From IMG/VR virus record IMGVR_UViG_2061766007_000180: a stretch of DNA of 64,000 nt, one strand, 5' to 3'. A program made the translations under genes and the position numbers. Source of the stretch: an uncultured virus (IMG/VR IMGVR_UViG_2061766007_000180). Its lineage: Duplodnaviria; Heunggongvirae; Uroviricota; Caudoviricetes. The first letter of the stretch is position 1. Every line of letters begins with the position of its first letter. Below are positions 55,377 through 63,984 of this stretch, piece after piece. The notes below the pieces were generated by a model. It saw only the letters and a list, made by a program, of their open reading frames with translations, ran no database searches and was not told the DNA's origin.

Positions 55377-55745
55377 TCAAGCGAAATCGGACAAGTCCCT
55401 CTCGAAGATGTCGAAGTGGTAGGAGTTGTTATTCCCCCACACATAGTATCCTCCGGAGGTCTTGATCTCGGAAAGAAGATACTCGGAGATGGCCTTCCGG
55501 TCGATCTCCTCCGGAACCTTCTCTTCCTCCTCGTCATCTCCGGAAAGAAGGCTTCCGGGAATGTCCTTGTGGTTCTCGTCCCGGAGAAGACTGTCCATGA
55601 GATACTCGTCGTTGTCCATCAGATCGAGAATCCACTCCACGAGGGCTTTCTCGGCGTCCTCGCGCTTCGTGTAGACTCCCCGAAGATCGTTCTCCGGAAC
55701 ATTCATGTCGAGTTCCTCAAGGATGGTGACTGCGTAGACTTTCAT
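55377..55745 (-). CDS. Hypothetical acidic protein
   Basis: AAGGAG RBS; ends DFA-TGA in -35 box. Confidence 0.7.
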   Translation of the reverse strand: MKVYAVTILEELDMNVPENDLRGVYTKREDAEKALVEWILDLMDNDEYLMDSLLRDENHKDIPGSLLSGDDEEEEKVPEEIDRKAISEYLLSEIKTSGGYYVWGNNNSYHFDIFERDLSDFA

Positions 55746-55758
55746 TTTCTCTTCTCCT

Positions 55759-55989
55759 TCAGTCGATCACGATTCCGAGCCGGTCGCACAGGACGCGACC
55801 GATCGCGTACCTTATGTCGAAGTCGTTCCACTCCGGATATTCGGAGCAAACCTCGACATCGTCGATAACATCTCCCAAGATGGCCGAGACGATGTCCTTC
55901 CGGTAATCGTCTGCTACCGCAGGTTCGAGCATTTCGTTCACCTTGGCCCGGATTTCCTCCGCGGCGCTCCTGTCGATTATTCCGTACAT
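55759..55989 (-). CDS. Hypothetical protein
   Basis: Cassette promoter and RBS. Confidence 0.7.
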   Translation of the reverse strand: MYGIIDRSAAEEIRAKVNEMLEPAVADDYRKDIVSAILGDVIDDVEVCSEYPEWNDFDIRYAIGRVLCDRLGIVID

Positions 55990-56054
55990 TATCTGTTTCC
56001 TTTCTCGTTATGGCATCATTGTACCAAAAAGTCTGGCCCCCGTCAACCAAAATC

Positions 56055-56273
56055 TTACGATTCCCGGTACGGATAGAACTCCTCCTCGGTCATCCATCCG
56101 GTGTCCTTGATCTCCTTCCACACGGCTTCGCAGACCCTGTCCACGAGGTCGATGTCCCAGTTCTCCCCGAACTTCTCGGCGTAGGCCGGGATTATCCGGC
56201 AGAGATATTCGTGGGTCTCGTTGTGCAGGAGGTCGATGCGCTCGATCTCGGCGTCTGTCAGTTCCTTATCCAT
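56055..56273 (-). CDS. Hypothetical protein
   Basis: Cassette promoter and RBS. Confidence 0.7.
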   Translation of the reverse strand: MDKELTDAEIERIDLLHNETHEYLCRIIPAYAEKFGENWDIDLVDRVCEAVWKEIKDTGWMTEEEFYPYRES

Positions 56274-56342
56274 GTCTGTTTCCTTTCTCGTTGTGGCAAC
56301 ATTGTACCAAAAATCTTGGCCCGGTCAAGCGAAAACCCGTTA

Positions 56343-56627
56343 TTATTCCACAGGGATGACATGCCAAGTCGCGGTGCGGTCATCGGTCTCGTATCTCCAG
56401 ATGCCGTTCTCCGTCCGGGATTCCCGGATAGCCTCGAGATCGTCCTCGATGGCCGTTCCGATCTCGTCTTCATCAAGGCCCCAGTAGTTTCCCTCCACGA
56501 TCTCCCTCGCCATCTCCATGACGGTCGGTTCGATCTCCTCCTTGGAGTTCACGATCTTGGCGTATGCCGTGAGATCCCTCACGTCTCCGTCGTCCAAGTT
56601 CATCGCTTCTGCAATGATGTATTTCAT
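56343..56627 (-). CDS. Hypothetical protein
   Basis: AAAGGA RBS. Confidence 0.7.
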   Translation of the reverse strand: MKYIIAEAMNLDDGDVRDLTAYAKIVNSKEEIEPTVMEMAREIVEGNYWGLDEDEIGTAIEDDLEAIRESRTENGIWRYETDDRTATWHVIPVE

Positions 56628-56639
56628 TTTCGTTTCCTT

Positions 56640-56870
56640 TCAGTCGATTTCGTGGATGTCCCACACGCATCCGGTCTGCCCGACTTCACCGGATTTCCAC
56701 AGTTCGGTTCCGTTTTGGACATAGTTCCCCTTGCCGTAGTTCAACATGAAGGCGGCCATGTCGGCTTTGATCTCGGATTCGGCATCTTCCCGGGTATCGT
56801 GGGTTCCCATCTTGCGGGAATGGTAGTCACAGGTCTCCCCAAAATCCGTGTATGTCACGATGTACTTCAT
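56640..56870 (-). CDS. Hypothetical protein
   Basis: Cassette promoter and RBS. Confidence 0.7.
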   Translation of the reverse strand: MKYIVTYTDFGETCDYHSRKMGTHDTREDAESEIKADMAAFMLNYGKGNYVQNGTELWKSGEVGQTGCVWDIHEID

Positions 56871-56921
56871 CTCGTTTCCTTTCTCGTTATGGCATCATTG
56901 TACCAAAATCCCTGGCCCGTG

Positions 56922-57431
56922 TCAACCGAAAATCTCGGCCGGGAAGGCAAACTCCATGTAGTCCTCGAAGCCGCCGTCCTTGACCCACGATCCGTCCGGA
57001 TTCTCCTTGAAGTCCCCGGTCTCCTCGTCTTGGACATAACTCATGTCTTCGGAATCGTCGAAGACGATCTCCCCTTCGTGATTGACGAGGATGTGCTGCT
57101 CGAATCCGACACCCGGCTCTTCTGCCCAGATCTCCACTCCGATCTCCAGAGCCTTGCAGATTTCAGGGAGGACGGCGAGTTTCGACCCGGCGTAGGGACG
57201 CCCTGTGTCGGTTGCGTGAAGCCACATATTGCACGACCACGCCACGTCCCCGAAGAAGTCGAGCATCCACAGGCCTCCGTCCTGTTGCGCCCCTTCGGCG
57301 GTCTCGTCCGCAGAGAACACCCTGTACAGGCACATCTCGGGATTCTTGTACTGGAGGACATCGAGGAATTTCTCGACGGATTCCTTCGTCTTTCCGACGG
57401 CACGAATGGTGAACATACAGTTGTTTGCCAT
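56922..57431 (-). CDS. Ferredoxin-like-fold (YubB/Api92-like) protein
   Basis: MANNC...AWS...EEPG.GF pattern. Confidence 0.65.
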   Translation of the reverse strand: MANNCMFTIRAVGKTKESVEKFLDVLQYKNPEMCLYRVFSADETAEGAQQDGGLWMLDFFGDVAWSCNMWLHATDTGRPYAGSKLAVLPEICKALEIGVEIWAEEPGVGFEQHILVNHEGEIVFDDSEDMSYVQDEETGDFKENPDGSWVKDGGFEDYMEFAFPAEIFG

Positions 57432-57446
57432 GATTGTTTCCTTTCT

Positions 57447-57683
57447 TCAGAATTCAAGGATCTCGTCTCCGGTGGCCTCAACGATGAGGTCTCGGATTGC
57501 CTTGCGGTGGTTGTAAATCTCGTCAAGGAGTTCATCGTGTTCGTTACAGGTCTCCACATCCCAAAATTCGCGGTTGCCGTGCTCCTCATCGAAGACCCAC
57601 TCGTCGTCGCGGAGCGCGTTGTACTCCATGATCTCGTCGATGAGTTCCTTGAGGATCTCCGTGTCGGTTCTGTTCTTCTTCAT
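57447..57683 (-). CDS. Hypothetical acidic protein
   Basis: Cassette promoter and RBS. Confidence 0.7.
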   Translation of the reverse strand: MKKNRTDTEILKELIDEIMEYNALRDDEWVFDEEHGNREFWDVETCNEHDELLDEIYNHRKAIRDLIVEATGDEILEF

Positions 57684-57736
57684 TGTTGGTTTCCTTTCTC
57701 GTTATGTCCAGATTATACCAAACTTCCGGAAGAATG

Positions 57737-58012
57737 TCAACCGAAAAACCTATATCCCGGATAACTTCTGATCCGGGAGGACTTGTCCGCGACATGGCTC
57801 TTCCACCGGGGAGGGAATCCGTGCTTGCGCTGATATGCGTAGTAGAAGGTGGTCGCGTCACAATCCTCTTCGAGGTATGCGCAGTCTCCCCTCATGTAGG
57901 AGTACGCGCTGATCTTGTCCGCGATTCCGAGTTCCCGGAGGATCGCCTTTTCGACCTTGAGCCAACCGTGGCCGGGATCGGAGTAGAAGTCAAAGACTTT
58001 CTTGATTTTCAT
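57737..58012 (-). CDS. Conserved phage protein (DPGHGWL.V...IS.YSY....YLEEDCD type)
   Basis: Recognisable family motif. Confidence 0.8.
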   Translation of the reverse strand: MKIKKVFDFYSDPGHGWLKVEKAILRELGIADKISAYSYMRGDCAYLEEDCDATTFYYAYQRKHGFPPRWKSHVADKSSRIRSYPGYRFFG

Positions 58013-58214
58013 TTCGTTTCCTTTCTTCGTTCGTTGTGGCAACAGTATACACCATCTTCCGGGAGAAGTCAAGCGAAAACCCTTCCGGAAAGATTTTTCT
58101 TCAAGATTGAAAATTTGCTTGACTTTTCCTGGAAAAGTGATATTTTTCCGAAAATTAGGTCGGGAAAAACGGAGGCCCTCCGCGAGGAGGGCCTCAGTTT
58201 GCATCCCCTTCCTG

Positions 58215-58442
58215 TCAGACATCCAAGGTCACGGTCGCGAAGCAGTGTCCCTGAACATACCACGATTTCCCCCGACGAAGGGCGTAGACGAGATCTTCCA
58301 ACTCGTCTTTCATGATGTCGAAAATGCCGAGTTCGGAAAGGGCGGTGGAGATTTCGTCCTCCATGGAACCTTTCATTACGGAGGCATACTCCACCGGATG
58401 TTCGGCCTCCTCGTTGATTACTTCCAAGACATTGATCTTCAT
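58215..58442 (-). CDS. Hypothetical protein
   Basis: Cassette promoter and RBS. Confidence 0.7.
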   Translation of the reverse strand: MKINVLEVINEEAEHPVEYASVMKGSMEDEISTALSELGIFDIMKDELEDLVYALRRGKSWYVQGHCFATVTLDV

Positions 58443-58494
58443 TTCGTTTTCCTTTCTCGTTATGTCTAGATTATATCAGACCGGAGGAGGGTTG

Positions 58495-58689
58495 TCAACC
58501 GAAAATCCCGTCTCTTTCGATCTCCCACGGCTCCTGTTCCGGAAAGTCGAGAGATTCCTCTCCGGTCTCCCGGTTCACCACCTTGAACTTTCCGTAGTAT
58601 TTCTCGTAGACGATCCGCTCGGCCTCTTGTGGGGAATCGGCCTCCACTTCCCAGTTGGCCTCGAACGTGTGCGCGAAGGTGAATTTCAT
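58495..58689 (-). CDS. Hypothetical protein
   Basis: AAAGGAG RBS; ends GIFG-TGA in -35 box. Confidence 0.65.
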   Translation of the reverse strand: MKFTFAHTFEANWEVEADSPQEAERIVYEKYYGKFKVVNRETGEESLDFPEQEPWEIERDGIFG

Positions 58690-58690
58690 G

Positions 58691-58897
58691 TCAGATCTCC
58701 TTTGGTGCGAGGTTGTAGAGCCAAGGAAACTCCTTGGCGAGTTCGTGGCTTTTGCCGAGTTGACAGGCAATGTCCAAGGCAAGATCGGCCAGTTTGTCCT
58801 GAAGTTCGCAGAGATCGTCCTGTTCCATGAGATCGTCTCCGCGCCATGCGATCTTCTGAAGGTTGACTACCTTCGCGTAGATGTTTTCCATCGTCAT
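58691..58897 (-). CDS. Hypothetical protein
   Basis: Cassette promoter and RBS. Confidence 0.7.
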   Translation of the reverse strand: MTMENIYAKVVNLQKIAWRGDDLMEQDDLCELQDKLADLALDIACQLGKSHELAKEFPWLYNLAPKEI

Positions 58898-58963
58898 TTC
58901 GTTTTCCTTTCCTGTTCGTTATGCCCAGATTATAGCAGATGTTCCGGAGAATGTCAACCGAAA

Positions 58964-59212
58964 TCAGACTCTCCGGATCGAAAATCCCTTCAGAAAGGTG
59001 GTTCCGGCCTCGGACTTCTCTCCGGAACGGATCATCGCGGAAGAACCTTTCCGGAGAGATCTCACGGAAGCGATCCACTCCCGGCAGTTCCCAACCGAGA
59101 TGGCCTTGAAGAGGAAGTCGATTTCGTCGAGGGACATCCTCCGGTCTTTGATCGCCCCCAACTGTCCGTTGTCGGCGATGTAGGCGTAGGTCACAAGGTA
59201 GTTCTTCTTCAT
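58964..59212 (-). CDS. Hypothetical protein
   Basis: GGAGG RBS. Confidence 0.6.
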   Translation of the reverse strand: MKKNYLVTYAYIADNGQLGAIKDRRMSLDEIDFLFKAISVGNCREWIASVRSLRKGSSAMIRSGEKSEAGTTFLKGFSIRRV

Positions 59213-59213
59213 C

Positions 59214-59369
59214 TCATGCCTCCGGAGCGGTCTTGCGCTGGGTCTTCCAGAACCGGATCGTGTCCCGCGTCGCCTTGAGGTCGAAACGGATGTCTGCGAT
59301 CTTTTGCTTCAAGGATTCGATCCTGCGCTCTTCTCGCTTGATCTCTCGGTCGATGTCTTTCTTGGTCAT
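59214..59369 (-). CDS. Small coiled-coil protein (51 aa, not in ORF track)
   Basis: MTKKDIDREIKREERRIESLKQKIAD...; cassette promoter and RBS. Confidence 0.6.
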   Translation of the reverse strand: MTKKDIDREIKREERRIESLKQKIADIRFDLKATRDTIRFWKTQRKTAPEA

Positions 59370-59476
59370 GTCTTGTTTTCCTTTCATGCCTAGATTATAC
59401 CAAAAGGTTTGGCCCTCGTCAAGCGAAACCGGAAGAAAAATCCCGGGCCCTCGGACAGGCCCAGGATCTCGTTCGG

Positions 59477-60322
59477 CTACTCCACGTCCACCGCATCCTC
59501 GACGTCATCGCCGAGTGGCTTGAAGGTCGGGTCGATGATCGACATGATGAGGTTGTTGCAGTAGCGGGAGGCGGAGGCGGCCTGTGCCGGGTTCTTGATC
59601 TGGTGGGTGGTCACCGTGCTGACCGCGTTCAGAAGGCGGAAGCAGGAGGAATCGTCGTGGTTGTTGAGCGAGGGATTCTCCAGTTCCTCCAAGACGCGCA
59701 GGAGATTCGCCGAGCCGAGGTAGGGGTTCTTGTAGAAGTAGCGGTTTCCGTTGGCCCTCACACGCCACTCTCCGTTGGCCTTGCGGACGAACGCTCCGAG
59801 GATCGAATCCGTGAGACGGGTTCCCTTCATCGTGTCGATCTGATGGTGGATCGCGTCCTTGTCCTGAAGGAAGCGGTCGAACACGAAGTCGATCCGGGAA
59901 TCAATAGCCCCTTCGGACACGTTTCCGATGGTATGACGCATCCGGGAGGGCTGGACAATGGCCGTGAGAACGCCATTCTCGCAGCACAGGCACGAATTTC
60001 CTAGTGCTCCTGCAAACGCGAACGACTGGTCGGAGGAATTCCGGAAGCCGCACTGGAGGGTGTAGTCCGGGCGAGACTCGTTCACCACGTTCGCCACGTA
60101 CATGAACCGGGTACCGTCCTTCTTCAGCGCACAGTCCTCCTTCGCGAGGACGAGGCCGAAAGACCTGGCCCTCTCGCGGAACTTCGTGAGAATCTCCGCC
60201 GAGGAGACCGGAGAATGGAACCTCCCGCGAGGAGTCATGTCCTCATGGGCGCGGATGAAGTCCACCTCGTTCGCTCCGTCTTCGTTCCTGAACCATACGC
60301 GAGTATCTGCTATAACGCTCAT
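59477..60322 (-). CDS. DUF932-like protein
   Basis: H.PVS, GFRNS.D.S, C.NG motifs. Confidence 0.7.
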   Translation of the reverse strand: MSVIADTRVWFRNEDGANEVDFIRAHEDMTPRGRFHSPVSSAEILTKFRERARSFGLVLAKEDCALKKDGTRFMYVANVVNESRPDYTLQCGFRNSSDQSFAFAGALGNSCLCCENGVLTAIVQPSRMRHTIGNVSEGAIDSRIDFVFDRFLQDKDAIHHQIDTMKGTRLTDSILGAFVRKANGEWRVRANGNRYFYKNPYLGSANLLRVLEELENPSLNNHDDSSCFRLLNAVSTVTTHQIKNPAQAASASRYCNNLIMSIIDPTFKPLGDDVEDAVDVE

Positions 60323-60532
60323 TTTCTGTTTCCTTTCTGTGTTTTTTGTTTGTTTTGTGTTGAAATCACTTGATGAACTTGAAATCGAACTTGACGATGG
60401 TGTACTGGGAGCGGTAGTTCTCGCTCTCGACCTCGAAGGTGGAACTGGCTGGCTTCTTTGCTTTCGTCTTCATCTGTTGTTTTCCTTTCATGCCCAGATT
60501 ATACCAAACCGGGATAGGGTTGTCAACCGAAA

Positions 60533-60835
60533 TCATCTCGCCGAATTGAAAAGATCGAGGATTTCCTGTCCGAAGTCCCAGACGATCTCCTTGTCCAGTT
60601 CCTTCCCCATCTTGTAGGAAATATCCCAGAACGGGACGATCTCCACTTCCTTCACATGGGCGAGGAGACGCTCGAAGTAGTCCTTGAAGTACAGGAACCG
60701 GGGCTTGACCGTCCAGTCGTCGCCCTCGTAGTTCTCCACGCACCACTTCGCGACAAGGGCGTTCGCTTGCAGGTGATGGTTTGCCTCGGTGCAGAAATTG
60801 ATCTCCTTCAAGGTCTCGAAATCGGGTTTCTTCAT
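60533..60835 (-). CDS. Hypothetical protein
   Basis: Cassette promoter and RBS. Confidence 0.7.
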   Translation of the reverse strand: MKKPDFETLKEINFCTEANHHLQANALVAKWCVENYEGDDWTVKPRFLYFKDYFERLLAHVKEVEIVPFWDISYKMGKELDKEIVWDFGQEILDLFNSAR

Positions 60836-61000
60836 CTGTCGGTTTCCTTTCATGCCCACATTATACACCTTTCCGGGAGGGAAGTCAACCGAAAATATCC
60901 AACCGGGGGAAATAGTTTCCGGAAAGGTTTTTCGCTTGACTTTCCTTCCGGATCTGGTATTTTTCCGAAAAATGGGCCCGGGAAAATCCCAGGCCTGCGT

Positions 61001-61273
61001 TCAACTTTCCAGTTCCTCCTTCGGACACCCGGTTTCCTTGGCGATCTTCTCCCACTCGTCCCGGAAGAAGTAGTGGTACTCGTCGCGATCAGCTCCGTTG
61101 GGAAACTCCCGGTTGAGAAGGAAATCGAGGGTTGCGACCGCTCCGGGATTCTCCCCGAGCCAGTCGAAGAGCCGGATCGACTCCAGCGGAAGATCGGTCT
61201 TGCTGCGATCCTCCCCGCCCACCTCCTCGTAGTAGAGGTTCATTGCCCGCATGTATTGGTTGACCTTGATCAT
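61001..61273 (-). CDS. Hypothetical protein
   Basis: AAAGGAG RBS. Confidence 0.7.
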   Translation of the reverse strand: MIKVNQYMRAMNLYYEEVGGEDRSKTDLPLESIRLFDWLGENPGAVATLDFLLNREFPNGADRDEYHYFFRDEWEKIAKETGCPKEELES

Positions 61274-61286
61274 GACGATTCTCCTT

Positions 61287-61586
61287 TCAGCACCACGAAA
61301 GGTACGCATATTCCCCCGTCGGAGCGGCGATCAAGCCTTTGACCAGTTCCCGGAACTGCTCTCCGGTGATTTCGTCCCTATCCACGAAAGCCTCTTCCGG
61401 GATGGCCTTCAACTGGTCTTTCTCCAGTTCCCACTCGGAGTTCTCCCCGTACTCCCCTCCGCCGATGACGTCCACGTCATTGTCGAGAAAGAAGTTCCAG
61501 ACGGTCTGGCTCTTGAAGTTCATGTCCGGGATTGCATCTCCCGTCTCGATGATGTGCTTCGTTTGGATATGTGGTCTATAACCCAT
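61287..61586 (-). CDS. Hypothetical protein
   Basis: Cassette promoter and RBS. Confidence 0.7.
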   Translation of the reverse strand: MGYRPHIQTKHIIETGDAIPDMNFKSQTVWNFFLDNDVDVIGGGEYGENSEWELEKDQLKAIPEEAFVDRDEITGEQFRELVKGLIAAPTGEYAYLSWC

Positions 61587-61773
61587 TTTCGTTTTCCTTT
61601 CTTGTTTCGTTATGCCTAGATTATACCAGATCGTCCGGGGAATGTCAAGCGAACGGCGGAAAAAGATATTTTTTTGGTTTTTTGCTTGACTTCTTGCGGA
61701 ATTCCGGTATTTTTCCGAAAAAACCGCCCGGAGGGGCTGGCCCTCCGGGAAAGGCTTTTTTTTTGGATCGGCG

Positions 61774-62028
61774 TCACTTCTCGATCCTGGAGATCGAGAA
61801 GTTCCATTCGTACCCATGCCACCGGGAGACTAGAATCTCTCCCTCTGACACCTTGCGAACCTGTCGGGGAGAAGGCTTGCGGCCGATCAGATGCCGGAAT
61901 GCATCCATGAAGGCGAGGACTGCCTCCTTCCGGGTCTTGCACACGTCCGGGACTTCCTGTATCCCGTGGAGTTTCCCGTTGAGAAACAGGTTCTTGTGGA
62001 GCAGGTATCGGGTCTTCTTGGTATTCAT
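61774..62028 (-). CDS. Hypothetical protein
   Basis: Cassette promoter and RBS. Confidence 0.65.
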   Translation of the reverse strand: MNTKKTRYLLHKNLFLNGKLHGIQEVPDVCKTRKEAVLAFMDAFRHLIGRKPSPRQVRKVSEGEILVSRWHGYEWNFSISRIEK

Positions 62029-62091
62029 CTTCTTTCCTTTCTCGTTTCGTTGTTCGTTATACTTAGATTATAGCAGATGTTCCGGTGGAAG

Positions 62092-62352
62092 TCAAGCAAA
62101 AGACTTCCTGCGAAGTTCCACAAGTCTGTCAGCCATCGCGGCGCGAAGCGCCTTGATCGTCCGGACTCCGCGATTCCACATGGACTGAACCGTGGAAACG
62201 ATCCACTCCTCGTATTCGTCCGTGTGTCCGCCATCCTCCGGAACAGGCTCAAGGCCAGTCTCCTCGTAATATACGACAAACCACTCGTTCTGGACATCGT
62301 TGAAGATGACCGCATCCAGAAGTTCGTCCGCGCTATTGAAGACGTTTTCCAT
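62092..62352 (-). CDS. Hypothetical protein
   Basis: GAGGAG RBS; stop in -35 box. Confidence 0.65.
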   Translation of the reverse strand: MENVFNSADELLDAVIFNDVQNEWFVVYYEETGLEPVPEDGGHTDEYEEWIVSTVQSMWNRGVRTIKALRAAMADRLVELRRKSFA

Positions 62353-62375
62353 TCCGCATCTCCTCTGTCCGGTCT

Positions 62376-62663
62376 CTAGTCAAGGAACCGGAAGTAGTAT
62401 TCCGCATCCTCGCCCTTGAAGTGGTCGCATCCGTAGGCGTCGGCCTTCTTCCACAGTTCATTATAGAGCCGGGCGCGGGATTCGTCCTTCTTGTACCAGT
62501 ACCAGATGAGGTGGTTGAGGGTCATGACGAGAGGAGCGAAATACCTCACGTTGTCCTTCCACTCGTTGAACGCCCGGTTGTAGGTGTCCCGGATCGCGCT
62601 CTCGCCGAAACAATCGGCAATCCGGAAGTCCTGCATGAATCCTTCGTAGTCAGACTCGTCCAT
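62376..62663 (-). CDS. Conserved phage protein (DF.IAD.FG..AI.DTY.RAF.EWK type)
   Basis: Recognisable family motif. Confidence 0.8.
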   Translation of the reverse strand: MDESDYEGFMQDFRIADCFGESAIRDTYNRAFNEWKDNVRYFAPLVMTLNHLIWYWYKKDESRARLYNELWKKADAYGCDHFKGEDAEYYFRFLD

Positions 62664-62721
62664 TTCGTTTTTCCTTTCTTGTTTCGTTGTGTCCAAATTA
62701 TACCAAACCGGAAGGCCGGTG

Positions 62722-62961
62722 TCAAGCGGAAACCTTCTCGCTGAAGATTATTTCCGTGTAATCCCGGTCACATCCGTTCTTGTTCTTGTCGTGCCAAAAC
62801 CGGGAGGACTTGTACTCGTAGAGATCCTTCCGGGAATTGACGTAGTGATCTTCCGAATAGAACGTGCTCTGCGTGACGCGCTTCCCGTTGACGTAGTAGT
62901 GTGTCGCGTGGAGCGTTCTGATTCCGGTGAAGCAACTGAACTCGATAATGAGGAATTTCAT
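62722..62961 (-). CDS. Hypothetical protein
   Basis: Cassette promoter and RBS; stop in -35 box. Confidence 0.65.
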   Translation of the reverse strand: MKFLIIEFSCFTGIRTLHATHYYVNGKRVTQSTFYSEDHYVNSRKDLYEYKSSRFWHDKNKNGCDRDYTEIIFSEKVSA

Positions 62962-63086
62962 CTTCTTGTCCTTTCGTGTCCACATTATACCAAACCGGAA
63001 AAGAGATGTCAACCGAAACTTTCCGGAAGATTTTTTTTTTTCGATTTCGGTTGACTTTGCTGGAGGATGTGCTATTTTTCCGAAAG

Positions 63087-63473
63087 TCAGCGGAAGGATT
63101 CGATGCCGTAAACCACGTAGGGCTTGAACTCGCCCATGCAGTCGCAGGATCGGATCGTGTTGTAGTCGATCCATTCGACGGCATCCTCGTAAGACCACCT
63201 GTTCCGGACCATCATGATCCCGACCAGCTTGTCGTAGGAGTAGAGCAGATGGTCGTGGTCGTGCGTGACTCCGATCACCGCGTCGAGGTATTCTCCGGGT
63301 TTGTCCCCGATGTAGACCAACCGATCGTTGACTTCCTCCAGCTGCTTGAGCAGCCACTCCTTCTCTTCGGATGGTTGCTTTTTGGGTTGCTTCTTTTCCG
63401 GTTCGGACTTGAACTGGTTCTTCTTGGCCTTCTCGGCGATCTTCTTGGGGGTCTTCAGCGTGTTCTTCTTCAT
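63087..63473 (-). CDS. Conserved phage protein (DA.IG...YSYDK...A.EW..YN.I type)
   Basis: Recognisable family motif. Confidence 0.75.
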   Translation of the reverse strand: MKKNTLKTPKKIAEKAKKNQFKSEPEKKQPKKQPSEEKEWLLKQLEEVNDRLVYIGDKPGEYLDAVIGVTHDHDHLLYSYDKLVGIMMVRNRWSYEDAVEWIDYNTIRSCDCMGEFKPYVVYGIESFR

Positions 63474-63754
63474 GCAAATAGTGTACGCTTGCCGTCGAGG
63501 ACGTCGAACACCGTCTTCACCTTTTCCCTGTCCGCGTTCTCCTTGGGGATCTTTCCGTCGAAAGTGACCGCTCCCCGGTTCGTGACCGTCACGGGAATCC
63601 TTCTCCGGGAAGTCCCTCCGGAGGAATCCTTCTCCCACGTCGAGAGCCAGAAAGTCCTGACCCTCGTCCTCTTCCCCTCGTCATGCTCGGAGTAGTCCCT
63701 CCCGGACTTCTCTTCTGGGAGAGGATCGTCGAACTCGATTCCGCAGATGTTCAC
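63470..63754 (-). CDS. Hypothetical protein
   Basis: Coupled ORF. Confidence 0.6.
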   Translation of the reverse strand: MNICGIEFDDPLPEEKSGRDYSEHDEGKRTRVRTFWLSTWEKDSSGGTSRRRIPVTVTNRGAVTFDGKIPKENADREKVKTVFDVLDGKRTLFA

Positions 63755-63984
63755 ACCGCGCTCCTCACCGTTTCCCAGTTCCGGACGTGAGCCGCCACGG
63801 AAAGTTCGTTCGGAACGACGATTCCCGTCCGGGAGTAGATTTCGGTGGAGATCCTCCAGACGAGATCCTGCGGAATTTCGACGAGTCTCCGCAGGACGGA
63901 GAACCGGATGGTCTTCTCCGTGAGATGGGGGAAATCCTCCATGTCCCGATCAGACCAGTTCCACTCTATCTGAAAGTCGGTCAT
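63751..63984 (-). CDS. Hypothetical protein
   Basis: GGAG RBS, coupled ORF. Confidence 0.6.
   Translation of the reverse strand: MTDFQIEWNWSDRDMEDFPHLTEKTIRFSVLRRLVEIPQDLVWRISTEIYSRTGIVVPNELSVAAHVRNWETVRSAV

Larger units (their letters stand above)
47130..63020 (-). repeat. Dispersed promoter-RBS cassette repeat (about 24 copies)
   Basis: TTTCG(G/C)TTGAC-17-TG(G/C)TA(T/C)AAT...CATAACGA(G)AAAGGAAA(A)C(G)AAATG upstream of most genes. Confidence 0.9.

Noticed and set aside
10407..57764. Long opposite-strand or alternate-frame ORFs (e.g. 10407-11747, 12206-13450, 26068-27600, 27653-29638, 56010-57764)
   Set aside because: These are shadow ORFs of GC-rich genes on the other strand, with no motifs or RBS.
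47130..63020. Cassette repeats as a CRISPR array or integron attC sites
   Set aside because: Repeats are degenerate promoter/RBS units separated by whole genes, lack attC palindromic structure, and no integrase is seen.
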